DNA of 60,217 nucleotides from Kiritimatiellia bacterium (GTDB lineage: Bacteria > Verrucomicrobiota > Kiritimatiellia > RFP12 > UBA1067). The position numbers and the translations under genes were made by a program. Below, in pieces: positions 44,456 to 54,884 of this stretch. Location of the stretch: contig JAZUGW010000226.1 in assembly GCA_045641465.1 (NCBI GenBank), positions 1 to 60,217 of the forward strand. Direction: 5' to 3'. Numbering within the stretch: the stretch's first letter is position 1; every line of letters starts with the position of its first letter. Under the pieces are notes generated by a model. The model was given only the letters and a program-made list of their open reading frames with translations, was not told the DNA's origin and did no database searches.

Positions 44456-44946
44456 TGAAAGGTGATGAAGCGAACAACAAGAAACTCAGGGTGGCCTTCG
44501 TGGCCGGTTTGGTTCTGACTGCAACTTGCTTTGCCGCTCCGCATGGGGGGCGGGGGGCTCCTGCCCGAGGCGGTGCCCGTGGACCCGCTCCGCGCCAGGT
44601 GCAGGTACCGAAAGCGCCGAGGGCTGTCGAACATAAGATGAAACCCGCGCCTCGCGCGGTTCCGCGTCCGGCACCGGTTCGTCCCCACATCGGGCGCCCT
44701 GCACTGCCTCCTCCGCCGCGGCGGGTGCGTCCTCGTCCGGTCGGTGCCCGGTTCTGGGCTCGTCCGCCCCATCCGCCGCCGCTGATGGCCGCGTACCGCA
44801 CGTGGACCTGGGTGGACGCCGCCTGGGAGATGTACATCGACGGCATCTTCTGCTACGGCGAGGGCTACTACTACGATGGATTCAACTACTACTACAACGG
44901 AGCGTGCTACACGAGGCCGCCGACCCTTGTGACGGTCTGGCCGTGA
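44456..44946 (+). CDS. Secreted Pro/Arg-rich protein with a Tyr-rich C-terminus
   Basis: KKLRVAFVAGLVLTATCFA signal-like segment, low-complexity PR region, GEGYYYDGFNYYYNG; start codon uncertain. Confidence 0.6.
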
Positions 44947-44985
44947 TACCGTCGCCGGGTGTTTTTTGAATCGTTCTGTGTGAAC

Positions 44986-45024
44986 ATTGGCGCGAAGCAA
45001 TTGACGCTTCGCGCCAATTTTTTT
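44986..45024 (+). terminator. Intrinsic terminator
   Basis: attggcgcgaagc...gcttcgcgccaat perfect stem followed by a T run. Confidence 0.75.
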
Positions 45025-45143
45025 GTCGAGTTCCATTTCGGTTTCGCTTGACCGGATTCTTTGGGGTGTGATAGAATGTTAATGTCCTGGGGCGAGGTGT
45101 TTCGGGATGAGAAGAACATGCAGATGGTTCGAAAGGTTTCAAG

Positions 45144-48100
45144 ATGATGAAATTGACTCGATTCATGGTTGGGTGCGTGGTGGTGGGATGCCTTGGGGCT
45201 CTCGCCGAGACGCCGGTTGCCTATGCGGTCTATACAGGCGCGGCAAACGGCGATACGGGTGCGCCCTCGAACTGGGCGTGCTACAATCTGGCGATGGAGG
45301 ACGTGCCGAATGCCGTTCCGTCGGCCGAGGGGTCTCATCTCTTCATTACGGGTTCTACGGCGTTCCAGTGTCCGCCGGGGAGTACCGTGCGCTGGTCGCG
45401 CGTCGTCTTTTCGCCGACGGGCGGACCGAAGGCCTTCTACGGAAACTATTTCCGCAATCGGGAATTCGCTCGCTATGCGGGGGACAACAAGAACGATGCG
45501 CTCATCGGCATGAACGACGACACGTGGAAGAATCTTCCTGTGTGCGACTATACGAGCCTCGGCGAGTATGCGTTTAACAATTGGGCTGCGGGGGTCAACA
45601 ACGCGCAGGTGCGCATTGAAGGGCGCTTCTTCGTGCCGCCGTCCCAAGTCGGCACGTGGGCCATTCGCCAGAGGTTTGATGACTATTTCGTCTGCTACTT
45701 CGACGGTGTGCAAGCCGTCTTCAACAACACCTATACGGTGGATGCGAATAGCTCGTGGACGGCAACGGCGGGTTGGCACGACTTCGTGATCATCTGCGGC
45801 GACACCTTCGGCGGCGAGGGGGCGACCCTGTCCTACAACGGCATGAGTACGCCGATGCTGATTACGATCAACGGGGCGGGCGCAGTGCCGTTCGAAATGG
45901 GGGATGTGCAACTCGGCAACCAGAACAACAACGTCTACCTCGCGGCGAACTGCGATTGGCGGGGCCTCGGCGTGCTGCAGCTGCCGGCGGGTCTGCGGCT
46001 CGATTTGCAGGGGCACGTGCTGCGCATCGCGGGTGCGAAGGGGACGCTTGCCAATGGCGTGACGATTTGCGACAGCGTGGGTGGCGGCCAGTTGATCGTG
46101 GATGGTTCCACGGGCGGTACGCTCGACGCGAAGACGGTCGTCTTCGAAGGGAATGTCGTTTTCTCCGTTGTCAATGCCATGCCGGCGACGGCGACGTGGA
46201 CGGGTGCGGGCGATCGGTCGAATGTGTCGGATCCCGCGAACTGGACCTGCAAGGATGTGGGCGGCCATGTCATTCAGGGTGGCGTGCCGGGAAGCGATAC
46301 GGTCATTTCGGTGGGCGGTACGGGCGCCTTCAACCTGCCGCTCGGCTCGACGCTCACCTGCAAGGAGCTTCGGTTTACGGACGTGCGCCTCGCCGGAGCG
46401 TGCGACTGGCGTGGTACGCTCGCTTCCGCCCCGCAGCCGACGGGTCTCGTGGGGCGGCCGCTCACCTTCCTCGATGCGCCGGCTGGCAGCTATGTGAACA
46501 CCGACTACAAGCCCGATCAGGATACGCGCACGGTGATGGATGTGGATGTGGCCAGTGCACGTGAATACTGGTTCGGCTGCTGTCAGAATCCCACGAGTAC
46601 GGCCAAATGGTGGTATAAGACCGCCTATATGTACGGCAACGATTCAACGACTGTCTTTTGCGCCTATGAAAACCAGACGGCGCCGTTTACGCCCATCGTA
46701 CCGGCGGGGCGCCACGTGGTGGAGAAGAACGGTGCGCTGAACTACATCGACGGCGTGTTGCGTTGCCAGTATGTGCGCTATAACTTCCGTGTGGACCGTC
46801 CCCTCTATCTCTTCGCGCAGAACCGCGGCGGCGTTGCTGCCCCTGGCGAAGGACAGGGTACCATTCGCTGCTACTCCACGCAGATGTACCAGGGGGCGAA
46901 TTGCGTGCGCGACTTCATCCCCGTCAAGACTGCGGACGGTGTTGCGCTCTGGGATCGCGCAAACCAGGTGCTCTACCCGAATGTGGGTACGGGCGCGTTC
47001 GGGGGCGGCGTGGAAATCCCCACGGGGACGCAGTCGTCCCTCGCGGTGCCGGCCGGCTTCACGACCGACCTGAACGGCTATTCGCTGAAGCTTGCGGCGG
47101 GCGATGCGGCCGGTACGAATCCGACGATCGTCAACCGCTCGGCGGCGGTGGCCGCGTTGACCTTGGATATGACGCCGACGGCGACGATGGCGACGTCGTT
47201 CTTTACCCTCGAAGGAGGAATTTCGGTGACGATCAATCTGAACGGGGCGCGTCCGGCGGCAGGTACGATGCTGCTGGGGCTCACGCGCGCCGTGCCGTCG
47301 GGCGTGACATTCGCGCTTGATGCGGCCACGGCCGCGCTCGGGGAGCGCCTCTTCGTGACGAGCGGTGCCGTCTACTACGGGGCGGATCCGAATGCCGTCG
47401 CGCAGGCGACCTGGACGGGCAGAGGTGAAACGGGCGACGTAACGGACCCGGCCAACTGGTCCTGCGTGAACCTCAACGGCAATCCCGTGGTGAACGGCGT
47501 GCCGGATGAGTCGACCGACGTCTTCTTCAACGGCCGGTGCGGTCTCGTCGCGGCGGGTCCGATCACCTGGCAGTCGGTCACGATGGCGGCGGATGCGCGC
47601 GTGACGGTGGACTATACGGACGAATTCAAGGCGGACTGGAACGGTTCGGGCGCGCTCTTCACCCTTGCGACGGGTCTCCATCTGCCGACGGGGGCGACCA
47701 ATGCGAACATCGCGGACTATCTGCGCTTCACGAACATGCGCTACACGCCGGTCCTTTCGGGCAACCTCCTGCAGGTCACGGCCACGCCCACGAGCACGCT
47801 CCTCTTCCATCATCGGTCCTACGGCGGCACGCGCTCGGGCATGGCGAACGACTTGTGGGTCGACATGCCGCTGGCGGACTATGTGACTGAGGTCCATGCT
47901 GAACGGAGTTTTGCGGGAGTCGCGGGCAACGGTACGGCCTGGCAGACGCAATACGTGCGCTGCAGCCAGTGCCGTTTCGACGGCTGGTTCTACGTGCGGC
48001 CCGAGCAGGCGGGCGAATGGAAGATCACCCAGGGCTATGACGACTACATGGCGCTTGCCATCGACAATACTTGGGTGGTGGTCAATTCGACCTTCCAGAA

Positions 48101-50078
48101 GGCCGTCACCGCGACGGTCACGGTCTCGGCCGGCTGGCATGCGTTCGCTCTGATCGCGGGCGACACCTACGGCGGCTATGGCGCAAACAACTTTTCACCG
48201 AACGGTTACCCGCTGTGCGTGGAAATCAACGGGAAGGCGTCGATCAAGTTCAGCGAGGAGAATTTCCTCTTCGAAGACCCGACGGCGCTCACGGCGGGTG
48301 ATTTCGCGGTGACGGTGCCGGGCGAAGTGAACGGCCTCACGTTTGAAGTGGCGAGCGCCTGCCGCCTCGTGCTGAATCCGCTGACGACCACGATCAAACT
48401 GCACACGGCGCCGTCCTTCAGCGCGGGCGCGAAAATCGCCCTCGCGCCGGAACTCGCGGGCGCCTCGGAAGGGCGCTATCGGTTGATGACGTGGGAGGAA
48501 GGCGAAGTGGGCGTTCCCGCGAATGCGGACCTCACCTCGCTCTTCGACGCGACAAGCGTTGCCTCTTCCGATTTCGTGTTGACGACGCGTACGGTCGGCA
48601 CCTCCGGCGGCGAGCTGCTCCTCACCTTCCACCCCGAGACCTTCGTGGAGAAGGCGACCTGGACCGGATTGGCCGGTACGCGCGACATCACGACGCCGGG
48701 CAACTGGCTCTGCGAAAACGTACTGGGTGCGACGGTGCCAAATGGCCTGCCACACGCGGGGTCGCGCGTGAAGGTGGCGAACGGTGCGACGCTCACGATT
48801 CCGCCGGATGCGAATCCCGCGTGGGAGTACTTCGAGCTTTCGCCGTCGTTCGCCCTTACGGACGATCTTGACTGGCGAGGACTCGCCAATGTGAAGGTCG
48901 TGGTGAATACGCTCATCGATCTGCGCGGACACACCCTTTCGCTCGGCGGCCTTGTGGCGGAAAACAAGATCACGATCACCGATACGTCCGTGGGAACGCC
49001 GGGAACGCTCGACCTCGATATTCCGGCGGATGTGACGTTCACCAACACGAAGGCGTTTGCGCTCAAGGAAAATGCGCGGCTCGTGAAGAACGGCGAGGGT
49101 ATCTATTGTCCGGCGTTGGGCGAACAGACCTACACCGGCGGTACGGTGATTCGCGCCGGCGTGCTCAATACGCCCGTTTCGGGATCCTCTTCGGCAACGT
49201 ATTCGCCGTGGCAGATGTCCCTCTTGGGTCCGCATGGTGCGCCCATCCGCGTGGAAGGCGGCGTCCTTGACATCAAGGGCAACTACGACTACCGTGGCTT
49301 CCCGCTGACGTTCGCAGGCGGCGCGCTCGCGAATACCGGCTGCGACATGACCCAGACGACATGGGGTGGACTCGACATCTATCGCCTCGAATCCGATACG
49401 ACGTTCACAATGGCCTACTCGACGCTCTTCAATGCCAATCCGGACACGCCGAACTTCGACCTGCAAGGCCATACGTTTACCGTCAATCTCGAGACCGGCA
49501 AATACCTGTACATGGGGGGTGTGACGATTGCGAACGGCGGCGCGGTGAAGATGAACGGCGACGGCCAGTTGTGGCTGGTCGGCGAGGTGACGGCTCCGAC
49601 GGTCGACTTCGACCTCAACTGCCGCCTGGAGATCAAGAACACGCTCACGGTTCACGACCTGACGCTGCGGCATGACGCCGCGTGGGGATGGAGCACGCCG
49701 AGTGCCCTGACGAAGGTGCGGGGCCGGTTCACGCCGCTCACGGGCTACATCCCGTCGATCGAGCTCCAGAACAATTCGACGCTTGACCTCAAAGCCTGGA
49801 CGACGCCGTTCTCCACGAAGAGCCTCGAAGTGTGGACCAGCGACAATAAGACGCCGTTCTACATGACCTTCGCGGAAGGCGCCGAGGTGACGCTCGACGT
49901 GAGCGGCCGCGTCTTCTCCCAGCACGAGACGCAGCCGGTCGTCGCCTGGGAGGCGAAGCCCGAGAACGGTGCCACCATCGTTCTGGACCGCGTGTCGGCG
50001 AAGGCCAACCGCTTGTGGGTAGACGACACCGGTATTTGGGTGCAGCGTCGTGAAGGCACTGTGATCTACTTGCGCTAG
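45144..50078 (+). CDS. Giant secreted protein with two PA14-like modules and an autotransporter-associated beta-strand-like repeat
   Basis: Signal peptide; two copies of GxF(F/Y)V...GxWxI.Q.(F/Y)DDY...GWH.F..I.GDT(F/Y)GG; repeated ATWTG...P.NW.C; LVKNGEG...TYTGGTVI; ends GTVIYLR. Confidence 0.75.
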   Translation: MMKLTRFMVGCVVVGCLGALAETPVAYAVYTGAANGDTGAPSNWACYNLAMEDVPNAVPSAEGSHLFITGSTAFQCPPGSTVRWSRVVFSPTGGPKAFYGNYFRNREFARYAGDNKNDALIGMNDDTWKNLPVCDYTSLGEYAFNNWAAGVNNAQVRIEGRFFVPPSQVGTWAIRQRFDDYFVCYFDGVQAVFNNTYTVDANSSWTATAGWHDFVIICGDTFGGEGATLSYNGMSTPMLITINGAGAVPFEMGDVQLGNQNNNVYLAANCDWRGLGVLQLPAGLRLDLQGHVLRIAGAKGTLANGVTICDSVGGGQLIVDGSTGGTLDAKTVVFEGNVVFSVVNAMPATATWTGAGDRSNVSDPANWTCKDVGGHVIQGGVPGSDTVISVGGTGAFNLPLGSTLTCKELRFTDVRLAGACDWRGTLASAPQPTGLVGRPLTFLDAPAGSYVNTDYKPDQDTRTVMDVDVASAREYWFGCCQNPTSTAKWWYKTAYMYGNDSTTVFCAYENQTAPFTPIVPAGRHVVEKNGALNYIDGVLRCQYVRYNFRVDRPLYLFAQNRGGVAAPGEGQGTIRCYSTQMYQGANCVRDFIPVKTADGVALWDRANQVLYPNVGTGAFGGGVEIPTGTQSSLAVPAGFTTDLNGYSLKLAAGDAAGTNPTIVNRSAAVAALTLDMTPTATMATSFFTLEGGISVTINLNGARPAAGTMLLGLTRAVPSGVTFALDAATAALGERLFVTSGAVYYGADPNAVAQATWTGRGETGDVTDPANWSCVNLNGNPVVNGVPDESTDVFFNGRCGLVAAGPITWQSVTMAADARVTVDYTDEFKADWNGSGALFTLATGLHLPTGATNANIADYLRFTNMRYTPVLSGNLLQVTATPTSTLLFHHRSYGGTRSGMANDLWVDMPLADYVTEVHAERSFAGVAGNGTAWQTQYVRCSQCRFDGWFYVRPEQAGEWKITQGYDDYMALAIDNTWVVVNSTFQKAVTATVTVSAGWHAFALIAGDTYGGYGANNFSPNGYPLCVEINGKASIKFSEENFLFEDPTALTAGDFAVTVPGEVNGLTFEVASACRLVLNPLTTTIKLHTAPSFSAGAKIALAPELAGASEGRYRLMTWEEGEVGVPANADLTSLFDATSVASSDFVLTTRTVGTSGGELLLTFHPETFVEKATWTGLAGTRDITTPGNWLCENVLGATVPNGLPHAGSRVKVANGATLTIPPDANPAWEYFELSPSFALTDDLDWRGLANVKVVVNTLIDLRGHTLSLGGLVAENKITITDTSVGTPGTLDLDIPADVTFTNTKAFALKENARLVKNGEGIYCPALGEQTYTGGTVIRAGVLNTPVSGSSSATYSPWQMSLLGPHGAPIRVEGGVLDIKGNYDYRGFPLTFAGGALANTGCDMTQTTWGGLDIYRLESDTTFTMAYSTLFNANPDTPNFDLQGHTFTVNLETGKYLYMGGVTIANGGAVKMNGDGQLWLVGEVTAPTVDFDLNCRLEIKNTLTVHDLTLRHDAAWGWSTPSALTKVRGRFTPLTGYIPSIELQNNSTLDLKAWTTPFSTKSLEVWTSDNKTPFYMTFAEGAEVTLDVSGRVFSQHETQPVVAWEAKPENGATIVLDRVSAKANRLWVDDTGIWVQRREGTVIYLR

Positions 50079-50157
50079 TCATTTGGATGGAGGATTCGAC
50101 GAAGAAGGTGTGGGCGTTCCGCACCAAGTCACGAATTTTAAAGAAAGGATGGAACAA

Positions 50158-53100
50158 ATGAAGTTGAAGACATTGAGTTTTGTCGCGGCGCTCGCCTAGG
50201 TGCCGGCTTTGATGGCGGCGGATGTCGTCTGGGTCGGTGGTGTCGACCAGCTGTTCAGTACGGCGGCGAACTGGGAAACGGCGATCCTGCCGACAGCCGC
50301 GGACCGGGCGGTCATCGGTACGGGGCCGGTCGTTTTGGCGAACACGGCCGCAACGGTTGTTGATACGGGTGCGCTGCTGTTTGCCAACGCGGTGACCGAA
50401 ACACCGGTGGAAGTTTCCATTTCCGACGGCAGTGCCACGTTTGCGGGTGTGTTCACGATGGGGTCGGTTGCCGGCGCCCGAGGCAAACTGACGGTTGCCG
50501 GCGGTAAGATCGCGTGCAACAAAGACGCTTCACCGACACTGGACCTGGCAAGTGTCGCCGGTTCGTCCGGCGAGATGGTGATGTCCGGCGGTGAAGTCGC
50601 CATCGCCCAAAATATTTTCATGGGCGGCAACGGCAGCATGCGGGTGACGCAGACGGGCGGTCTTTTCTCCGGGACCCAATGGTTGGCCTTGGGCCGCTAT
50701 GTCACTTCGGATTCGAGCTGGGAAATCTCCGGCGGCGAAATCCGCATGACGAACACAGGCACCGGGTTCTATGTGGGCGAAGAAGGGCACGGCACGCTGA
50801 CGGTCAAGGGAACCGGCAAGGTGTCGGTGGCCGGGCGTCTCGCCTTCAACGGCGGCAGTACCGTCAATCTGCAGACGGGCGGTGAAATCGCGGCGGGCTA
50901 CGTGGAGCGCGGCAAGACGACGATCACGGGCGACCCCGTCATCAATTTCGACGGCGGCACCTTGCGGGCTTTGGGAACGGCGCATCTCAATCCGTGGATC
51001 AATGCCAATGTGACGCGCCTCTACGTGACGGACGGTGGTGCGATCATCGACATCCCCGAAGGCGAAGCGGTGGTGAACAGTCCCTTCGCGGTTGCTCCGA
51101 ATGGAACGACGGGCGGACTGACGAAGCGCGGCAACGGTACGCTCAAACTGATGGCGGCGAACACCTACCCCGGTGTGACGACCATCGAAGCCGGACACCT
51201 CGTCGTGAACGGCGCCAACGGCATCGCGGCGAGTTCGGCTATCACGGTTGCGGCCGGCGCGGGATTCGGTGTCAACATGGCGGACTTCGCGGCCTGGAAG
51301 TCGGCCATTTCGGGCAAGACGACCTGGGCGCCTGGATCGTTCTTCGTCGCCGACACTTCGTCGGGTGACGTGGCAGTGGCGGCGACCGATCTCCCTGCGG
51401 GGGCGGAGCTGGCGAAGACGGGTGCGAATGTGCTCACCATCACGTCGCCGCTTCAGGGCGTGACGGAAATCCGCATCTACGGCGGCATTGTCAAGGCGGG
51501 TACGGCGGATGCGATTCCCGCGACGACGAAGATCACGCTGCTGGGCGGTTCGTATGCGCCGTTCGACACGACGTTCACGGACGCCGCCAACCAGCTGCAG
51601 CAGGTGGAAGGCAAACCCTTCGGCCTCGCGGCGGTCACGACCCCGCTGACGCTCAACCTCGGCAACGACAAACGTCCGCTGATGCTGAACGGTACGGGAA
51701 TGTCCTCCAACCTCATCCTCAACGACACGGGTGCGGACCAGCCGATCACGGTCGAGAACCCGGTGGTCTTCGCGACAAAGGACGCCGCCTACGAGGCGTC
51801 GATCGCGGTCAATGCGAACACGGCGACACTCAAAGAACAACTGCAGTCGCTTGGCGCCAACGTGACGAAGTCGGGCGCGGGCACGCTCGTCTTGGAGAAG
51901 GGCGTGGACATGGCGGGACGCAACTTCACGGCTGCGGGTGGTACGGTGCAGACTTTGGCCGACTGCACGTTGAACTGGATCTATGCGAATGGCGGATCGA
52001 CGATCACGTTCGGTCCGGGGGCGTCGTTCACGGGTACGGGCCTGTGTGCGAGTTCGAGCGGCGTCGGCACGGTGAATCTGACCGGCGGCAATGTCTCCTG
52101 CTCGGATGAACTTTCGGTGGCTTTCAATACCGGCAATACGGGTACGATCAACCAGAGCGGCGGCACGGTGCAGGCCGGCAACTGGTTCAGCCTCGGCCGC
52201 ATGGGCGTCGGTACCTACAATCTGACGGGGGGCACGCTGGAGGCGATTACGAATACGGGACGGACAACGGCCAATGACTGGTCCTATATCGGCGGCCTTT
52301 CGTCCGGTGCGACGGCGGGTACGAGCAAGCTCAACATCAGCGGTGCCGACACGCTCTTCCACGTCCGTTCGAATTTCCAGGTGGGGCTCTACAAGACGGC
52401 CGAACTGAACCTTTCCGGCGGTACGGTGATTGCCGATTACTGGGTTGCGGTGGGACGCATGAGCGGTGCCGTGGGCACGATCAACGTGACGGGCGGCACG
52501 TTCCAGCATACGAACACCTCTTCCGGCTTGTACATCGGCGAGGAAGGGACGGGCACGCTCAACGTAAGCGGCACGGGACGGCTTGAGTCCAAGGCACCGA
52601 TCCGGGTGAACAAAGTCGCGACTTCCTCGGCCGCGATCAATGTGACGAACGGTGGTACTTTGCTTTCGGACGGTCTCATTCTCGTGATGCCGACGCGTCC
52701 GTTTACGATCAATGTCGATGGCGGCACGATCGGCGCAATCGGGGAAGGTAAGTCCTACAACAATTTCTTCGAAAGGGTCCAGGATATTTCGGTGGGCCCC
52801 AACGGCATGACTTTCGATACGGGCGACAACACCGTGAACGTGCAGACGCCGCTCGTGACGATGGGCAGTTCCGGCACGATCACCAAGATCGGCAGCGGTA
52901 CGCTTGTCGCCCCGCCAGAGGCGGCGACGACGGGCGGCATCGTGGTGAAGGAAGGTACACTTGAGGCGGGCTTGGGGGTGCCGACGACGACATGTTCGGG
53001 CACGCCGGCGGCGACAGTGCCGCACCTGCTGCACCGCTGGAGCTTTACGGACGGCAATCGTACAGACACTGTGGGCGGGTCGACGCTGACGACCTACGGT

Positions 53101-54858
53101 TCCGGCGTCACTTTTGCGGATAACCAGATGACGCTGGCGGGCGGTGCTAGAGGGAGCGGCTGGGTGAACCTCGGCGCCAATCTGATCCCCACGAGCGGAC
53201 CGTTCACGATCGAAGTGTTCGCCCGCCAGGACGCCATCCAGAACTGGAGCCAGATTCTCGCGTTCGGCAAGAGCGGTTCGGATGCGACGACGCAGGGGGC
53301 CAACTTCCACATGAGCTGGACGTATCAGAAGGATATTGCCAAGGAACGCGTGGAGATCAAAAGCAACAGCAATTCGGCCGGAACATTCACCCAGGACGGC
53401 GCGCTGCAGCCCTATACGCTGGGCACGAACTGGCACATCGCCGTCACCTTCCAGCCGTTGCCGGATGGCCGCATGAAGATGTTCTTCCTGAAGGAGGCTC
53501 TCGATGGCACGAAAGCCCGTTTCTTCGAAAGGACCACGTCGAATCCTTGGTCGGTGGCGGACAGTACGAGCGAGGTCTTCTGGCTCGGGCATTCTCCGTG
53601 GGGAGACGAAGACGCCGCGGCCACCTACGACGAAGTGCGCGTGTGGGATTGCGCGTTCCCGTTGAAGCAGCTCACCTACAACGCAAAGCTGGGTCCGGAC
53701 AGACTGCCGAACTTCGAGTCGCTTGTCCACCGCTGGAGCTTCAGCGGCGACCTCGTCGACTCGGTCGGCGGCACGACCGGTACTGCGGTGGGCTCTACGT
53801 CGTTCTCGGCGGACAATACGCAGCTGGTGCTGCCGGGCGGCAAGAACGGTACGGGCTATGTCAATCTCGGCTTGGACCTGGTGCCGACGAGCGGCGAACC
53901 GGTGACGATTGAAATCTGGGCGACGGAACGTTCCATTCAGACCTGGGGACGCATCTTCGACTATGGTTCGAACAATCAGAACTACTACACGCTCTCCTGG
54001 ACGCAGTCGACTTCGCAGAATACGGACCGTTCGGAGATCAAGTCGGGGAATACCGCACTTTTCACGACGGACAACACGATGCAGCCGTATGCGCTCAACA
54101 CGCCCTACCATATTGCGGTGACGGCGGTAAAGAATGCGAACGGTACCTCCACGCTCACGTGGTCGCGGCGCAACGTCACGACGGGTGCGCTTGAGAAGCG
54201 TGGTTCGGCGACGACGAACAAGGCCTGGACGTTCGGCAGTATCACGGGTGCGAACTTCTTCCTTGGCCACTCGCAGTATTCGGGCGACAACGACGCGGCG
54301 GCGAACTACGACGAAGTGCGCGTGTGGCGCGGGGCGCTGTCGGATGCGCAGCTCGCAACGAATGCGAAGTTGGGTCCGGACGTGTTGCCGACGAAGGTCG
54401 AATTTGCAACGGCGGCCTCGCAGAGCCTCTACTCGCCGCTCGTAGTCGAGGAGGGCGCGACGTTCTCGACGGGTTCGAACGCCGTCACGGCTGAGACCGT
54501 GCAGGGCACGGGTACGCTCGTCGGCGGAGGTACGTTGACGATCGAGACGCTCGACATCGCGGCGGACGAAATCGGCACGCTTACGGCAGATGTGCCGTTG
54601 GTGCTGAAGAACTGGGTGGTCGACCTCGAGCCTGATGCAGACAGTGACCGACTCGTCGGCACGGGCACGTTGGATGTGTCGGGCCTCGTGGTCAGCGTGC
54701 GCGATCCGAGCAAGCTGAAAGGCTCGTACACGCTGGCGAATGTCGGATCCATCTCGGGCCGTCCGAAGCTTGCGGAGGGCTTGGAGGGTGTCCGTCTGAT
54801 GGTCCACGGCAGCCGTCTCGTCCTCTCGAGTGAAGGCCTGATGATTTTCATTCGATAA
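50158..54858 (+). CDS. Giant secreted beta-helix / autotransporter-like protein with two LamG-like domains; in-frame TAG at codon 14 (possible pseudogene)
   Basis: RBS AAAGGA + ATG at 50158, MKLKTLSFVAALA*VPALMA; LTKRGNGTL...NTYPGVTTI; two HRWSF...YDEVRVW modules; ends GLMIFIR. Confidence 0.75.
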
Positions 54859-54884
54859 TTCTGGCAAGGCGCTTTGGTCGAGGA

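Noticed and set aside
50197-50199. Genome-wide amber recoding or pyrrolysine
   Set aside because: TAG terminates several clear genes in the window (e.g. 4066, 20216, 24170, 50078), and no pyl genes or CUA-anticodon tRNA are seen
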